NCBI RefSeq assembly: GCF_006345805.1
Contig: NC_043017.1
Location: forward strand, 8,308,001 to 8,372,000
Length of the DNA stretch: 64,000 nt
Reading direction: 5' to 3'
Source: Octopus sinensis
Taxonomy: Eukaryota
Positions 12,230 to 25,291 of the stretch are shown piece after piece. Each line of letters opens with the position of its first letter. Within the stretch, counting starts at the first letter, position 1. Both the position numbers and the translations under genes were made by a program. The notes beneath the pieces were generated by a model. It was not told the origin of the DNA and did not search any database. It saw nothing but the letters and a program-made list of their open reading frames with translations.

Positions 12230-13287
12230 ACTGCAAAATCACGGCCTTCTTGGTTGGGGGTGGAGATATAGGTTATCGTGCAGTTTACAGCCGTAAAAGA
12301 GAGTACGTCCGAGGGACCGGCAAAACTTATTACGAACGGTATTGGAACAAAAAAAAGAAAAGAAAAGAGCCTCACAAATCCTCCAAGCCCCCTAAATCCC
12401 TCCCCTCCAACCAAATACCGATGACAAAGAAATTATATAAATAAAGAGTTTTGAACAATTTCAGATTACATTCTACAAGACTCCTGTTTTAAGAAGTTTG
12501 CGGTGTTAAAATTGTATGGCTTGGCAAAAAGTACACCACGTTCTTCTGTCTTCACTCAGCAAACATGACATGTCGCCCTTTATACAAACACAATCAATCT
12601 TTATAGATTTAAGGTTAAGAAATTCGGTTAAAATAACAACCTTTCTTAACTTTTGACTGGCACCATGAACTGTTCTTGTCAAGGTATAGGTATTTTCTTA
12701 GCGATTCATTTGTGTATTTGGATTTGATATAAGCTTTGTATGAATTTAGCAGACTGACTTCTTGGACTTTCTTTCTTTCTGTTGTTGTTTGAGCCGACAA
12801 GGAAGTATTTTCTTGATCGCTAGAAATAGCAGCAAATCTCTCAAATCACATCCTTAAAAAGGGAAAACAAAAGAAAAAAATGAAGGAAGACATTAGATAA
12901 CACAGTCGTATCTGAAATAAAGACGGAACAATCGCATTTCAACTGACGTTGGGGGTTAAACAGCAGCAACAACAAAAGTCTATTTATCTATCATTTATAG
13001 AAGTTTCTGCCACTTTGCACACCCCAACTATCTTTTCCGGTCATCACTGAACCTCCAGCTTCCTATCATCTTTTTTACCTGTCCATTCCTTGGCGCAGTT
13101 GCTTACCGCCCTACTTTTGTGGTCTTTCTATTCGTCTTTTACCGAGAGTTTGTCCATGTATGACAACATTCCTAGGAGTAGGTTGTGTTGTTATGGTGTT
13201 CGTTACAAGACGAAACCACTTCATTTTCTACTTCAAGTTTGTCTAATCTCTGATAAGATCTGAAAGGAGCTAGCAATTTATCATAAA

Positions 13288-13487
13288 CGTTCGTGGCTTT
13301 GGGTAAAAGAAAATACAGGAAGATCAGTTAATTATGATTTTATTCAACATATTCCCCTCCCATATTCACACACTTATTGCAGCAGTTCAGTTTCTCTAAT
13401 CCCTGTAAAAGAACTCGGAAGGTCGGGCCTCCAACCAAGCCTTTCGAGATACTTTTAAAGCCAGGAACTTTTCACTACTCGCTCGTA
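13288..13487. mobile_element. Mariner-derived MITE, left end truncated
   Basis: Right end aaagccaggaacttttcactactcgctcgTA; left partial inverted gttcgtggcttt. Confidence 0.65.
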
Positions 13488-13871
13488 TAACAGGGCATAA
13501 ATACACAAGTATGCCCCACTGCTCTTCGATTTTGTTTCGTCATAACTTTCAGATAAACGGATATTTTTTTAATGAAATTGTCTACATATACATTTCAAAT
13601 GGTGTACATAGGCTTATAGCATGCTGAACAGCCAGACCAACTAATTCACCTTTGCTAATTTGTTGCTGCCCCCCCCCCCACTCCCTAATTATGCCGGTAT
13701 CTCTGGAAAATTTCATTTTATTAAAAAATATTCATTTAACAATAGGTGCAGGCGTGGCTGTGTAGTGGGAAGCTTTCTTCCCAGCCACATATCCCAGCCA
13801 AAGCCTCGTGAGTGGATCTGGAAGGCGGAAACTAAAAGAATCTCATTGTGTGTGTGTGTGTATAATCTATA

Positions 13872-14540
13872 ATCATCATCGTTTAACGTCTGCCTTCCAT
13901 GCTAGCATAGGTGAGATGGTATCACACTGGCTGCAGCCAGGCAGAAGCTTGCACCAGACTTCTGTGACTGTTTTGGCAGGATTTTTACAGCTGGATGACC
14001 TTCCTAGCACCAACCACTCAGCAGAGTGGACTTAGTACATTTTACGTGGCACAAGCACAGGTGAGATCAGTCTTGGCAAAGTTTTTGCAGCAGGTTGCCC
14101 TTCTGAACACTGACCACTTTACAGAGTGGACTGGGTGTTTTTAAGTGACACTAGCAAGACAAAAAAAAAAAACTTTCAAGAGGGGAGGGGGTCATTGGAG
14201 GAGGTGATCTTGTGTCAGATGATGAAAGGTTATAGTGAGACAGAGAGACAGATACAGGTGTCTTGCTGTAGAGGAAGTACAAGGTTACCCAGCTAGAGAG
14301 AGGGAGATCAGGAATGAAGATAGAAACAGGTGTGCTACCGCAAAGGAAATACACAGTTACCCAACCTGAAGGAAGTGCAGGAGAAGGTGAGAAAGTGGGA
14401 GACAGCAGGATAGAGATGGTGGCAAAATGCCAGGTATACTCACAAGGAATGGGGATCAGAATATAAATGGGATGGTTGAGTAAAGGAAGAGAGAGATATA
14501 GATGGTGGCAAGTGCCAGGGCATAACCTTGGGGTTCAAAT
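13872..14540 (-). mobile_element. RTE-type retroelement 3' region
   Basis: Tail catcatcgtttaacgtc...tccatgctagcat; body homologous in reverse to 63635-63950. Confidence 0.7.
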
Positions 14541-14559
14541 GCCATAATATAAATGGCAG

Positions 14560-15495
14560 GATATTCTTTTCTACTCTAGGTGCAAGGCCCAAAATTTTTG
14601 GGGAGGGGGCCAGTTGGTTAGATTGACTCAGTATGCAACTGGTACTTAATGTATCGATCCCGAAAGAATGAAAGGCAAAGTCGATTTCAGCGGATTTTGA
14701 ACGTTCACTGGTTTCTTCCCAGCTCGCAAAAGCCTTACCTGACCATCACTTTCACAGACATAATGTATTCATGTAATTCATCAGAGAATAACTATTCTAT
14801 ATAATGCCTGATTATTAACCCTTTAATTTACATCGTCCCCAGTGTTGAACTGGTACTTATTTTATTAACCCTAAAAGAATGAAAGGCAAAGTCGACCTTG
14901 GCAGAATTTGAACTCAGAATGTAGAGATAGATGAAATGCTGCTAAGCATTGGTTCAATAATAATAATAATAGTAATGGTTAGCAAGTTTGGGGGAATGGT
15001 TACATTGACCCCAGCATGCAACAATTCTTCTAGATCACTGCCTTATTAATAATCCTTTCGACTGGAAGCACAAGGCCTCAAATTTGGAGGAAGGGATTAA
15101 GTCAATTACATCGACCCCAGTGTGTAACTGGTACTGATTTTATCAATTCCGAAAGGATGAAACGCAAAGTCGACCTCGGAGGAATTTGAACTCAGAACGT
15201 AAAGACGGATGGAATGCTACGAAGCATTCTACACAGCACGCAACGATTCTGCTAGCTCATTGCCTTATTAATAATCCTTTCGACTGGAAGCACAAGGCCT
15301 CAAATTTGGGGGAAGGGATTAAGTCAATTATATTGACCCCAGTGTGTAACTGGTACTGATTTTATCAATCCCGAAAGGATTAAACGCAAAGTTGACCTTG
15401 GCGGAATTTGAACTCAGAACATAAAGACGGATGAAATGCAACTAAGCATTCTACCCAGCACACAACGATTCTGCTAGCTCACTTGTCTTATTAAT
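14560..15495 (-). mobile_element. Cluster of SINE family C copies, including a ~222-bp tandem duplication (15040-15495)
   Basis: Repeated gaaaggatgaaa(g/c)gcaaagtcgacc...ggaatttgaactcagaa; two consecutive units share the private flank taatcctttcgactggaagcacaaggcctc. Confidence 0.8.
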
Positions 15496-16113
15496 AATGT
15501 CAAGTATTTATGCCCTTCGCATTCATTTCCTTCAATTAGGACTTGTCAAGCTTTCCATGGAGTTTTCAATACCATGTTATAATTTCTGCGGGATTCAGAA
15601 AAGTTCTTTTTCTTTACTACAAGGAAATAATGAAATTCCAACTGTGAGGCTGGCATTCCAGTTGCAGTTATTAATGTAATAATTGTGATTATTGAAGAAA
15701 ACGCAAACAAAATGCCTTCAGCAATCTGTGTTATATAATTTACTCATGAGGAAAAAAATCCATTTCTATGGTAACTTTGTTACTAAATCTTGTTTAAGTT
15801 AAATAATCTTATTGAAATGTTATTATTTGTTTTATTGAGTTATCTAATCAACTCCACACCCAGTCCTAGATCCTCTCCCCCCACACCCCTGCCTCCACTG
15901 CCCCTTTTTATGTCTCAGTTTTATTTCACTTTGTTTCCTCCTACGTTGATTTAATTATTCTCATTAGTTTTAGTTTTTGGTGTAGATGAAAAAAGAACAA
16001 AAAAAAATAGCAACAATTTTATTTGAATATCAAACGTCAATAGATGTGAATAAAGTTGGAGTTTATACACACACACACACACACATTTCTGTATGTATAT
16101 CTATGTGTATACC

Positions 16114-16156
<43 letters not shown>

Positions 16157-16824
16157 ATATATGTGTATATATATATGTATATGTGTGTATATATATGTAT
16201 GTATATGTGTGTATGTATATATGTGTATATATATGTGTGTGTGTGTGTGAGAAAGATAGACAGATAGAGAGAGAGAGATAAAAAGAGGAGAAGAGTTATG
16301 TTGGGGTGATAGGGTACAAGACACCAGTTGGAACCACAAAATGCCCAAATAACTGCAGTTTGTGTCATTTAAAAGTTCTGTGAATTCACTCTTCCAATTA
16401 TAATTTTCTGTTAAATTTGCAAATTTCTTCAATCAAAATTTATTCAGGATTTAATAGTCTATAATCCTCACTTGTTTATTATTTATTTCATCAAATAGGT
16501 GCAGGCATGGCTGTGTGGTTAGGAAACTTGCTTTCCAACCATACAATTTGGAGTTCAGTCCCACTGCATGGCACCTTGGGCAAGTGTCTTTTAACTTAGT
16601 GCCAGAGCCAACCAATGCCTTATGAGTGAATATAATAAAAGGGAACTGTGTGGAAGCCTTCCACATATATATTCTTTGATTCTTTTACTTGTTTCAGTTA
16701 TTTTGACTGCAGCCATGCTGGAGCATGCCATGTCCTTCCTTGTTTTTAATACAGGTCAGTTTTGATCAACTTGATCTATGCTCAAAGGTATTCCGGTCAT
16801 GATATGATCATCCTGATTTTGAAG

Positions 16825-17140
16825 GCACACAGCTTAGTTGTTAGGGCATTTAACTTATGATCATAAGGTTGTGTGTTCAAGTCCTGGTGATGCATTTTGT
16901 CCTTGAGCAAGACACTTATTTCACGTTGCTCCAGTCTACGAAGCTGACAAAAAGGAGTAATACCTGTAGTTCAAAGGGCCAGCCTTGTCACATTCTGTGT
17001 CACGCTGAACCACCCTGAGAACTGCATTAAGGGGACATGTGTCCGTGGAGGGCTCAGTCACTTGCACATTAATTTCACAAGCAGCGGGTTCTGTTGATCA
17101 GATCATCTGGAACCCCTGTCATGACTGATGGAGTGCCAGT
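16825..17140 (+). mobile_element. SINE family B, diverged
   Basis: Colinear with 8941-9266. Confidence 0.8.
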
Positions 17141-18367
17141 TATCCTGTCTTTCCTTTATGCCTAGTGTATCTTGGACTACATAACTGAATGTGTGCTTCC
17201 TTGTTTAATACAGGTCAGCTTTGATCAGCTTGATCTATGATTAAAGTTATTCCAGTTATGACCATCCTGTCTTATATTCAAGGATAATCTATCAAGGACT
17301 ACATTATCTAATGTATCCTTCCTTGTTACTATTTAACCTAATTCAGTATCCATTCCAGATGTGACCATCCTTTTGTTTTCAAGGTTAGTATATCTAAAAC
17401 TATATTATCCAATGTGCCCCTACCTTATATCTTTTACTTGTTTTAGTCATTGGTCTATGGTCATGCTGGAGCACCACCTTGAACGAACCAACCCAATGCT
17501 TCTATTGTTTAATCTGGTACTTATTCTATCTCCTTTGCCAACAAACTAATAGTGGTTGTCATATGCTAGAGACACACACGTACACAATCTGCATATGGTG
17601 GACTTCCACACAGTTTCTGTCTACCAAATTCACTCATGAGACATAGGTTGGCCTGGGGCTATAGCAGAAGATGCTTGCTTGAGATGCTGTGTATTGGAAC
17701 TGAACCTGAAATCATGTGGTTGCAAAGCATGCTTAAAATAAAAAAAAATATTAGAATATTAAACATTTTGTTGGTGATGGTCACTTGAAAGAATGGATGA
17801 AAATACAGAAAAGGAAGGAGGAATGTAACACACACACACACCACACCACATACACACACCACACATACACAAACACATCATGCGCACACACATGCATGCC
17901 CATGTACACACATGATCGTACACATGCACACGAAAAACTTTTCTTTCGTCAAAAAGCATGTTTCATACATGCACACACATCTGCAAACATACACACATGC
18001 ATGCAAACACATATGTACACAAACACACAAACTCATTCATGCATACACACACACACACCTCTTCCCCTACAAAAAGAATCAAACTAGAACAATTTTTGTT
18101 CATTAAAAAACTAATTTCTAAACAATTAGCATAATGAGTATGTTTTAATAAGCTGAAAAATTTTATCATGTGTGCATATTGCTCTTGAGGTTTATTGGTG
18201 ATTTATGCTTAACGAAGATAATCGTTTACTCAGATAATTAAAAGGAAACTACTGTTGTTACGATAGTGATGACTCTCACAGATTTGGTGCTGCCAAGTCT
18301 CCGAAGTCTTCCTCATTTTCATTGCTTAGCAACACAGTGTTATAATTATTATTATTTATAGTATTTT

Positions 18368-18760
18368 AAGGCAGCAAGCTGGCAGAAATGTTAGCATGTC
18401 GGGCGAAATACCTAGTGGTATTTCATCTGTCTTTACATTCTGAGTTCAAATTCCACCGAGGTCAGCTTTACCTTTCATCTTTTCGGGGTCGGTAAATTAA
18501 GTACCAGTTATGTACTGGGGTCGATATAATTGACTGGTCCCATCCCCAAAAATTTCGGACCTTGTGCCTAGGGTAGAAAAAAATATTAATAGTGTTTTGT
18601 CCGTCTTCACATTCTGAGTTCAGATTCCGCCGAGGCTGACTTTGCGGTTCATCCTTTCAGGGTCAATGAAATAAGTACCAATGGAGCATTCGGGTCAGTG
18701 TCATTGACTCGGCCCCTCCCCACAAATTTCAGGCCTTGTGCCTATTGTAGAAAAGATTAT
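18368..18760 (+). mobile_element. Two SINE family C copies
   Basis: Head aaggcagcaagctggcagaa, B-box gagttcaaattcc, Nin-like core. Confidence 0.82.
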
Positions 18761-18789
18761 TATTCAATGCTACATTTGTAATGCTATTG

Positions 18790-19201
18790 GTTCTGATCTA
18801 TCTTCTAAAGTGGATTCACTCTCATCGTTGTCGTGTGGCTTCTTTGTCTCTCTTCTATAAGCATTTTCATCGACATTGTTCAGCTGAGCTCTCTTCTCTA
18901 TTTCCTCTTTTAAAAACTTATCAGCAATCAACTAGACTTGCATCCAGTTCTCATCAATGTACTGTGCAACCTCCTAAGTGTCGTAAAGCACTTTACAGTA
19001 CCAGTTTCTTCCCTCACACCTCTGAACTTTGGAATTCTCTTCCACAGTCTTGTTTTCCTCTTCAATATGACCTCCAGTCTTTTAAGTCTAATGTACATCG
19101 TCACCTATTGACTTCTGTCTAGCGTCCATTTTAATCTAGTAGCTCTTACGTTTTCAGTGGTTTAAGGACCTCATAACGAGTGAATGCTTTAAAATAAAAA
19201 A
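18790..19201 (+). mobile_element. CR1/L2-group LINE 3' end with open C-terminal frame and A-rich tail
   Basis: HRCRVASLSLFYKHFH...STSFFPHTSELWNSLPQSCFPLQYDLQSFKSNVHRHLL* matches the FFPRT..LWN.LP...FK C-terminal motif; short 3' UTR ending aaaataaaaaa. Confidence 0.85.
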
Positions 19202-20169
19202 GACAGCTGAATTGTTAGCACACAAGACAAAATGCTGCCTAGCATTTCGACCATCTTTACGTTCCAAGTTCAAATTTCACTGAGGTCGATTTTACCTTTC
19301 ATCCTTTTGGGGCCAATAAAATAAGTACCAGACACACACTGGGGTCACTGTTATTGACTAAGTGTGTGTGTGTAGTATGTGTGATACTGTATGTGTGTGT
19401 GTGTGTATGAGATTGTATGTATGTGTGATAGTAAGTATATGTGTATGTGATACTGTGTGCATGTAAAATATGTGTGTGTGTGTGATATTGTACATATATG
19501 TAATAGTAAGTGTATGTGTATGCAATTCTGTATCTGTGATAGTGTGTGTGTGTGTGATAGTGTATGTGTAGGGGGTTGGGGATGTTGAATAGCAGCAGAA
19601 TTGAAACAATCAGAATGAAGAAATACAAGAGACTAAGAAACAATTACAAACCTTGAATCACATTAATTGTAATTGAATGAAGATTTATCTCAAGAACATG
19701 GGTGGCGGAGTGTGATGTCAGGGTGGTGTGGAGGGAAAATCCATTTTGGAATCCAGGGAAATTTAACAAAGTTCTATGATGCTAAGCACTGACAATGGAC
19801 TTAATTAATGAAGATCATAGTTATGATTTTGGGTTTGCTACCCAAAGTATCTATATTAATAAATATTGATTTCTTGCCTGGGAGACGGCCATTTCATAGC
19901 AGTTGGGAAGTAATTGCCTTCTCTTGGTAGGTATGAAAGCCTAAATGTATTTCTAGAAAATTCCAGCAATCTGTCTTGAAAAGCCAGGTTTAGCTGAGAA
20001 TTTGGTAGAGTTAAGAATATGGTCACTGGATGACAGAACGGAATTTATCATGTGAATTATATAGTCTTGATATTTTGCATCCATTAGTGAAAGCTTTAGA
20101 GACAACTCACCCTGCTAGAAATAGAAGCTGAATCCCTCCCAAATCATACTCAATTGTCTTAAAATTAAA

Positions 20170-20930
20170 AACAGGCCAGCAATTTTAAGCAGCATGGGGC
20201 AAAATAAATCAATTACATTGACCCTCCAATGTTCAATTGGTAATTATTTTATCAACCCCGAAAAGATGAAAGGCCAAGTTGAACTATAGGCGCAGGGTGT
20301 GAAATATTTTTTGGTGGGGGTGCTAATCAATTACATCAACCCTGGCACTTGACTGGTACTTTATTTTATCAACCTGGTGGGGATAAGAGGCAAAGTTGAC
20401 CTCAGTGGAATTTGAACTCAAAGTGTAAAGAACTGGAAGCAATGCTGAGTATTTTGTCTGATGCATAAATGATTCTGGCAATTCAGCTCTTATCTAATAT
20501 AAAGATTTCAAATTTTGACACAAGGCCAGCAATTTCTGGGGAGGGGGTAAGTCGATTACATAGACCCATCCAGTGCTTGACTGATACTTATTTTCTCAGC
20601 CCTGAAAGGATGAAAGGCAATGTCAACCTCAGCAGAATTTGAACTCAGAATGCAAAGCTAGAAGAAATATCACTAAGCATTTTGTCTGGAGTGTTAACAA
20701 TTCTGCCAGCTCACAATAATAAGAATCCTTTCTACAAAAGGCGCAAGGCCTGAAATTTTGGGAGAGGGGACTAGTCGATTACTTCAACCCCAGTATTTCA
20801 CTGGTACTTAATTTATTGACCCCCATAAAAAGGATAAAAAGTGAAGTCGACCTCAGAATGTAAAAACGGAGGAAATGCCACTTAGCATCTTGCCCAGCAT
20901 GCTAACGACCCTACCAGCTCACTGCTTTAA
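20170..20930 (-). mobile_element. Head-to-tail run of about 4 SINE family C copies
   Basis: Four recurrences of gatgaaaggcaaagt.gacc and ggtacttatttt. Confidence 0.8.
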
Positions 20931-21200
20931 TAATAATAATAATAATAATATGATGATGATGGTGATGGTGGTGGTGCCATCACAACCATCATCATCATCT
21001 TCATCATTGTCATCCTCATCATCATTACCACTGTCGTCAACATTGTCGTTTTCATCATCATCATCATTTTAATCAACATTGTCATCATTATCGTCATCAC
21101 CATCATCAGCATGGTCATTGTCATCACCATCATCAGCATGGTCATTGTCATCACCATCATCAGCATGGTCATTGTCATCATCATCATCATCATCATCTTC
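20926..21200. repeat. (TAA)n/(CAT)n microsatellite with a 27-bp higher-order unit
   Basis: tcatcaccatcatcagcatggtcattg repeated three times. Confidence 0.8.
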
Positions 21201-21849
21201 ATATGCTTATCTTAGGGCTTCATAAATGCATTCTTCCTTCACTTATCAAGCGATGTTGTTATTATGGTTGCTTCCTCAATGGAAACTCCATTTTGTGTTC
21301 TTGTTTCTAAGACTGGCTGACACTTAAATAACATTTTCACTTACAAGTAATTGAATTCCAATTTGATTTATTGTAATTGATGAGTAGCAGACATTTAAAA
21401 AGCTCTTAGATCAATTATTGGGAAAATATGATTCCTCAATGTGATTTCCTACAGCTGTCATTTTTCATATTCACCTAACACGATGATTATGATGAAAGAC
21501 CCATCTACCTGTCGTTAACGAGTTTGTTTTTGTTTCAATTCAACAGGTAATAAATAAATCAGATGAATTTACTGCTTATTTGCTTGTGAGGATGTTTGTT
21601 AAATCTTTCTTATCTTCATGTAGCATTATGATACTTGAGATTTTGTCAACCTTTTGGTATCGATCCACCTGAGATTGTCCATGGTTCTATGGTACAAACT
21701 TCCTGTTTTAAAATGATCTAAATCAGGGGTTGTTGACGTTTTTCAGGCTACCACCTCCTTGGCACCGAGGCCACATTCCTAGCACCTTCTCCCCCACTCA
21801 CTACCGCAAACACGGATCACTTTCTGTAGCAAATTCAAAACAGCTGTAT

Positions 21850-22330
21850 TTCACAATTATAATCGAAATTGAAATCAAATTCGATGACTGGCATCCGTGC
21901 TAGTGGAGCACTGAGAGTACCATCTGAGCGTGTTCGTTGCCAGAGCAACAAACTAGCTTCTGTGCTGGTGGCACATAAAAAGCACCATTTGAGCGTGATC
22001 GTTACCTGCATCGCCTTGTGCTGGTGGCACGTGAAAAAACATTTGAGCGAGGTCATTGCCAGTGCCGCTGGACTGGCTCCTGTGCAGGTGGCACATAAAA
22101 AGCACCATTTGAGCGTGGCCATTGCCAGTACTTCCTGACTGGCCCTCATGCTGGTGGCACGTAAAAGCACCCACTACACTCTCGGAGTGGTTGGCGTTAG
22201 GAAGGGCATCCAGCTATAGAGACTCTACCAGACCAGATTGGAGCCTGGTGCAGCCTTCTGGTTCACCAGTCCTCAGTCAAATTGTCCAACCCATGCTAGC
22301 ATGGAAAGCGGACGTTAAACGATGGTGAAG
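21850..22330 (+). mobile_element. RTE-type tail with five tandem ~65-bp structured units
   Basis: Units actggctcctgtgcNggtggcacRtaaaaagcaccatttgagcgt; terminal gcatggaaagcggacgttaaacgatg. Confidence 0.8.
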
Positions 22331-22452
22331 ATGAATTAATCCTTTATTTATTATTAATCTTAATTAATCCTTTATTTGGTTTTTCTTTTTTACATCCATT
22401 GTCCTATTTGGCTACCCCATTATTGCCCCACTTTTCTTCACCCACCCCGCTC

Positions 22453-22489
<37 letters not shown>

Positions 22490-22904
22490 ATGTGTATGTA
22501 TATATGTGTGTGTGTGTGTGTAGGTACCCTTGTACCTACATCATATGGTGGTTGTAAATGAGCTATGTTTTTTTTTGTTTCTAGTCTTTTGTGAAAAACA
22601 TGTCCTGTCATGGGAAAACATGTCATCATTGCTGTCATTGTCATCATTTCCTGGTTATCAGTATCATTAGCATCACTATCAACATTTCATTGTAGTTATC
22701 GTTGCGAGCATCATCATCTGTGTCAATCTCCTCATCAATATTCATGTCAGCCTCCTCATCAGTATTATCATAGTCAGTATCGTCATTGTCCACCTCATCC
22801 TGCTCATTGTTGTCATCACCATCGCTGCCGCTAAAATCTGAACCCATTGTTATGGATTCTATTTTCCTAATAATGAGACTAACTCATTCTGATTTCAAAT
22901 TTTC

Positions 22905-23308
22905 TGGCAGTGCCACTGGACTGGCTCTGACACCAGTGGCATCTAAAAAGCACCATATGAGCATGATCAGTGCCAGTGCTGATTGACTGGCTCCTGTGCC
23001 GGTGGCACATAAAAAGCACCATTTGAGCATGGTTGATAACAGTACTGCCTGATTGGCCCCTGTGCCAGTGGCATGTAAGAAATACCATTTGAGCGTGGTC
23101 GATGCCAGTACTGCCTGACTGGCTCCCGTGCCAGTGGCATGTAAAAAGTATCCACTACACTCTCGGAGTGGTTGGTGTTATGAAGGGTATCCAGCTGTAG
23201 AAACCATGCCAGATCAAATTGGAGCCTGGTGCAACCTCGTGGCTTGCCAGTCCTCAGCCAAACCGTCCAACCCACGGCAGCATGGAAAGCAGACGTTAAA
23301 TGATGATG
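22905..23308 (+). mobile_element. RTE-type tail with four tandem ~65-bp units
   Basis: Same unit and tail as 21850-22330. Confidence 0.8.
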
Positions 23309-23884
23309 CACAAACCATGGGAGGGGGTTAACACCACCCGGTCCACTAGTGCTTATTTTATTGACCCCAAAATGATGAAAGGCAAAGTTATCTTGGTGGA
23401 TTTGAACTCAGAACGTAAAGACAGACACAAATCCACAAAGCGTTTTTGCCCAGTTTGCTAACAATTCCACCAGTTCACTGTTCTAAAGACTAACTGATAC
23501 TACAAACATCAAAACATTTATTTTAGTTCTACAGATGACACCAACAAGACTAGTCAAGGCTTAATTAAGTTTGTTTAACGACGAATGAACCAAAGTGATA
23601 AACTCTGATGAGAAACACTAACAACAATTCTTTATTTTATTTTATTTTATTTTTACATCCTTTCATTGTTTTTTTTTTTTCAATGTTTTCAATCAGTTTT
23701 AAGTCTTCGTTTTGATCACTTAATCTAATGAAGATTTTAATTTACGATAAGTGTGAGGTTTAGTTGCACGTCCATTTTGGTTTTCTTCTTACTTTTTTTT
23801 TTTAATGCATTTGCTTCTCAAATTATTTTTCTTTATTTTGAAGTGTATATTGATTGATTTCTCTTGATTGATCAGAAGAGACAA

Positions 23885-23930
<46 letters not shown>

Positions 23931-24356
23931 TTTCTCTTATTTTTTTTTTGTTTAGATCTTATATGACAAGAGATAGCGCAGTTGATTTATGCCATGTTTT
24001 ATATACACATTCCAGTTTCAGAACAGGTGTACAGTGTCTCTGTGTTCAAATATTTCAATCAGATCTGGGTTTCACAGTCACCATCACCATTATCATCATC
24101 ATCATCACTGTGATTATTATCATTGTCACTGATTGTCATCGTCGTTGTTGTCATCATCATCACTGTCAACATCACCATCATCTCATCATCAGCACGATTG
24201 TCATCAACATCATCATTGTCTTTGCCATTCTCGTTGTCATTGTGATCATCATCAGCGTCACAAGCAATATTTCATCAGAGTTGTCATCGTCAGCAACACA
24301 TTTCATTTCATGTTGCTCCAATCCACTCTGCTGACAAAAAATGAGGAATCCTACAA

Positions 24357-24740
24357 CAGCCTTCATCAGGTGTCTTGGGGAAATTTCGAACCTGCGTTCT
24401 TATTCCTAAGCTATTTTTCAATCTTGTTGTCGTTGTCGCTGCCACCACTGCAGTCCAGGTCACTGCTTGGAATTGAACTCGGGATCTTGGGGTTAAGAGC
24501 ATGGGCTACTAACCCCAAGATTCCGAGTTCGATTCCAAGCAGTGACCTGAACAACTACAATAATAATAGTAGTAGTAATAATAACAACAACAGCATCGAA
24601 AAATACCTTAGGAATGAGAACCCAGGTTCAAAATTTCCCCAAGATACCTGATGAAGGCTGGAGGGTATATCAGCTGAAATGTGTTAGCAACAAACAAGAT
24701 GAGGACAAATATCCGTCAAATGTAAATAATGTAAATAATA
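24357..24740. mobile_element. Head-to-head inverted pair of tRNA-headed SINEs ending in a Penelope-like hammerhead motif
   Basis: 24357-24495 is the reverse complement of 24510-24660; B-box gagttcgattcc; ctgatga-aggctg..cagct-gaaa at 24648-24679. Confidence 0.8.
24643..24685 (+). ncRNA. Degenerate minimal type I hammerhead ribozyme motif
   Basis: Stem I gatac (gacac in the inverted copy) / gtgtt, core CUGAUGA, stem II ggctg/cagct, GAAA; stem III and cleavage region mutated. Confidence 0.55.
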
Positions 24741-25291
24741 TAAAAATTAGAAGAGTACATTGGATAATGAAGTTGAAGATCCACTGTTTGAACCCCAGAT
24801 GACGTAGTCATGGCTGAAACACCTTTGAATATGTGCAAAGTAGGTTTGTTGCCCTGAGTTGACCTTGGTCTAAATAAAAACAATACCACAAAGAATATCA
24901 CAAAAATATAAGAAAAATAAAAACAATAGAAACATCCAATAAAAAACAAAAAATAGAATAAGACAATTTTCAGTTATGACTCTTTTTAAAGCATTTTTGC
25001 ACTTTTGTTTCTGTTTTTCTTCTTTCTTTTTTTACCTGCTGAAAATATCTTAATACTCAGGTGAGCTTTTAATTTTCTCATGCACGTGTGTCTCCCACAA
25101 ACTTGAATTTGTATGTGAACTCAAACCTCTTTATGCAGTGATTCTCAAACCATTACCACCTCCCCCACCCCAGTGCCATTCGATTATGGGACACAAAAAT
25201 ATATGACTTTCATGACTAATTAATCCAGGTAACAAGAGAACCTCATTATGAATACTGAATTTTGCCAGAAATAACAGCAAACTATATCGAT

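Noticed and set aside
12440-12810. Possible LINE C-terminus on the minus strand (SLLNSYKAYIKSKY)
   Set aside because: Too short and lacking diagnostic motifs to call.
22060-22110. HDV-like ribozyme fold for the 65-nt unit
   Set aside because: A P3-like ggc/gcc exists, but P2 and the GG-P4-CGAA elements cannot be placed.
21885-22170. CRISPR-like repeat/spacer appearance
   Set aside because: The apparent spacers are homologous to one another, the repeats are degenerate, there are no cas genes, and the context is a eukaryotic retroelement tail.
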